Assembly (NCBI GenBank): GCA_021463165.1
Contig: JAJTWY010000011.1
Location: 4,072-68,071, forward strand
Length of the DNA: 64,000 bases
Direction of reading: 5' to 3'
From: Pyrinomonadaceae bacterium
Lineage (GTDB): Bacteria; Acidobacteriota; Blastocatellia; Pyrinomonadales; Pyrinomonadaceae
This document shows, piece after piece, positions 62,190-64,000 of this stretch. Below the pieces are notes generated by a model that saw nothing but the letters and a program-made list of their open reading frames with translations, was not told the DNA's origin and did not search any database. Made by a program: the position numbers and the translations under genes. How positions within the stretch are numbered: position 1 is the first letter of the stretch; each line of letters opens with the position of its first letter.

Positions 62190-63059
62190 ATGAGTGCTGC
62201 ACTGACGAAAAAAATAAACATTGCCGAACAACACAGCCGCGAGGTTGCCAGTGGCGAGAGATTCGAATTTGGAAAGAACTGGGCTGCGTTTCTTTCAGTT
62301 CTCGATGATGAACGGATCAATACTGCAGTCGAATCGCTCAAAACGATGCTCGAGGTGGAGACGTTGGAGGGGAAGTCGTTCCTCGATATCGGTTCGGGAA
62401 GCGGCCTATTCTCGCTGGCTGCGCGCAATCTCGGTGCACGTGTGCACTCCTTCGATTTCGACAGCAATTCGTTCGCGTGTACGCGAGAACTGCGGAGCCG
62501 TTACTTTCCCAATGATGCGAATTGGCGTGTTGAACAAGGCTCGGCCCTCGATCCCGAATACCTGAATAGCCTGGGCAAGTTCGACGTGGTGTATTCCTGG
62601 GGCGTCCTGCATCATACGGGCCGGATGTGGCAGGCACTTGAGAATGCCGTGATCCCGACCACCGATGGCGGTAAGCTTTTTGTCGCGATCTATAACGATA
62701 CGGGCAACCAGGCGAAACGCTGGAAGTGGATAAAGAAGACCTACTGCGGGCTGCCGAAACTTCTGAAAACACCGTTCGCGGTCGTAACCATTCTGCCAGA
62801 GGAAACAAAACGAGCTGTTGGGTCGATCCTCAGGCTTGATCCGATCTCGTACGTTCGCTCGTGGACGCAGTACAAGAGCAGCCGCGGCATGAACCGCTGG
62901 TACGATATCATTGACTGGGTCGGCGGCTATCCATACGAGGTCGCATCGGTCGATGAGATCTTCGAGTTTTACAAAACACGTGGTTTCATCCTGACAAATG
63001 TGAAGTCAGGCGGTGTGGGACTCGGCTGCAACGAATTTGTCTTCCGAAAAGGGACGTAG
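62190..63059 (+). CDS. class I SAM-dependent methyltransferase
   Basis: Motif I is FLDIGSGSGLFSLAA and the post-I acidic residue is in HSFDFD. The ORF track start is 62169 (TTG); an ATG lies at 62190. Confidence 0.8.
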   Translation: MSAALTKKINIAEQHSREVASGERFEFGKNWAAFLSVLDDERINTAVESLKTMLEVETLEGKSFLDIGSGSGLFSLAARNLGARVHSFDFDSNSFACTRELRSRYFPNDANWRVEQGSALDPEYLNSLGKFDVVYSWGVLHHTGRMWQALENAVIPTTDGGKLFVAIYNDTGNQAKRWKWIKKTYCGLPKLLKTPFAVVTILPEETKRAVGSILRLDPISYVRSWTQYKSSRGMNRWYDIIDWVGGYPYEVASVDEIFEFYKTRGFILTNVKSGGVGLGCNEFVFRKGT

Positions 63060-63095
63060 GATCTGCCCTCCGACCGATCCGAACCCGTTTTCCCC

Positions 63096-64000
63096 TTAAT
63101 GTTTGAAGTGGCGTATGCCGGTAAACGCCATCGCGATGCCATGTTCGTTCGCGGCGGCGATCGATTCTTGATCCTTGATCGATCCGCCGGGCTGAATGAG
63201 AGCGGTAACGCCGAATTTTGCGGCCTCATCGACGTTATCCCGGAAGGGGAAGAACGCATCTGATGCGAGGGCCGAGCCTTTTAGCGACAGGTCAAATCGT
63301 TCGGCACGCATAGCCGCGATTCTGACCGAATCCACTCGATTCATCTGTCCCGCACCTACTCCCAGGGTTTGCACGCCATTAGCGAAAACGATCGCGTTCG
63401 ACTTGACGTGTTTGCACACTGTCCAGGCGAACTGCATCGCATTGAGTTCAGATCCCGTTGGCTGGCGTTCCGTTACGATATGGAGCTCAGCGGCCTGTAA
63501 TTGATGTGTGTCGGCGTCCTGGATGAGAAAGCCGCCGGAGATCTGCTTATATTCCAGCGAGGAAGTATCAGAAGCGGCCGGGCCTCCGATGTCTGATCGC
63601 AGGATCCGCAGATTCTTTTTCGACTTGAAGATGTCAAGGGCTTCATCGTCATAGTCGGGCGCGATAATGACCTCCGAAAAGACCTCTATCACAGCCCGGG
63701 CGGTCTCAGCATCGACTTTTTGGTTGAAGGCAACTATGCCGCCGAATGCCGAGACCGGGTCGGTCGCGAGAGCGCGTTTGTAGGCTTCGAGATTGTCTGC
63801 TCCCGTGCCAACGCCCGAAGGATTGGTGTGTTTGATGATAGCGACTGCGCGTTCCCCGAAGTCGCGGACGAGGCTCCACGCGGCCTCGGCGTCAACGTAG
63901 TTGTTATAAGACATTTCCTTGCCGTGGAGCTGTTCCGCCGAGGCAATGCCAGGCGCAGTATCGTCCGCTAGATAGAGAGCGGCTCGCTGATGTGGATTTT
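63096..64000 (-). CDS. purH: bifunctional AICAR formyltransferase / IMP cyclohydrolase, C-terminal part; 5' end outside window
   Basis: The frame is open to the window edge (NPHQRAALY...QLHGKEMSYNNYVDA...). The C-terminus ends in IAMAFTGIRHFKH, typical of PurH. Confidence 0.9.
   Translation of the reverse strand, partial: NPHQRAALYLADDTAPGIASAEQLHGKEMSYNNYVDAEAAWSLVRDFGERAVAIIKHTNPSGVGTGADNLEAYKRALATDPVSAFGGIVAFNQKVDAETARAVIEVFSEVIIAPDYDDEALDIFKSKKNLRILRSDIGGPAASDTSSLEYKQISGGFLIQDADTHQLQAAELHIVTERQPTGSELNAMQFAWTVCKHVKSNAIVFANGVQTLGVGAGQMNRVDSVRIAAMRAERFDLSLKGSALASDAFFPFRDNVDEAAKFGVTALIQPGGSIKDQESIAAANEHGIAMAFTGIRHFKH

Noticed and set aside
1-64000. I scanned by eye for CRISPR arrays, rRNA, IS elements with terminal inverted repeats, integrases and reverse transcriptases.
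   Set aside because: I saw no regularly spaced direct repeats, no rRNA-like segments and no transposase, integrase or RT motifs in any of the listed ORFs. The only repeats found are those reported above.

Overview
This looks like a 64-kb chromosomal segment of a moderately GC-rich bacterium. The gene content resembles Acidobacteriota, but that is inference only.

I found no rRNA, tRNA, CRISPR array, transposase or integrase.

Coding density is high. About 60 genes are mostly housekeeping or metabolic:
- HtrA protease, aldehyde dehydrogenase, glutathione peroxidase, alanine dehydrogenase and two tandem TonB paralogs.
- A minus-strand purine-catabolism cluster (guanine deaminase, DMT transporter, xdhA, xdhB, xdhC).
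- mpl, a GT9 heptosyltransferase and a DUF4912/GH57 glycogen-branching pair.
- Inositol-3-phosphate synthase, glpK, tlyA, heme A synthase, nadE and a partial purH.
- A roughly 16-kb exopolysaccharide-type locus (46.8-63.1 kb). It has GT2, a Wzx-like flippase, two AsnB-type amidotransferases, a heparinase II/III-like protein, three further GTs, a beta-helix protein and a methyltransferase.

I did not find a convincing large multi-gene novel system. The unusual signals are small-scale:
1. A 96-nt palindromic MITE-like element sits in frame inside mpl. A solo arm of the same element sits in frame inside xdhA.
2. Six toxin-antitoxin-like two-gene modules are wedged into seams between core genes.
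3. Two small cassettes are flanked by duplicated ends of the host gene. One is the DUF433/DUF5615 module, flanked by a duplicated aminotransferase 3' end. The other is a single Bro-N/DinD-like gene, flanked by a duplicated GT9 5' end.
4. A HicA toxin gene is interrupted by an in-frame TGA.
5. A nucleotidyltransferase plus small-ORF pair interrupts the xdh operon.

All functional calls come from reading the translated ORFs against remembered family motifs. No database search was run.
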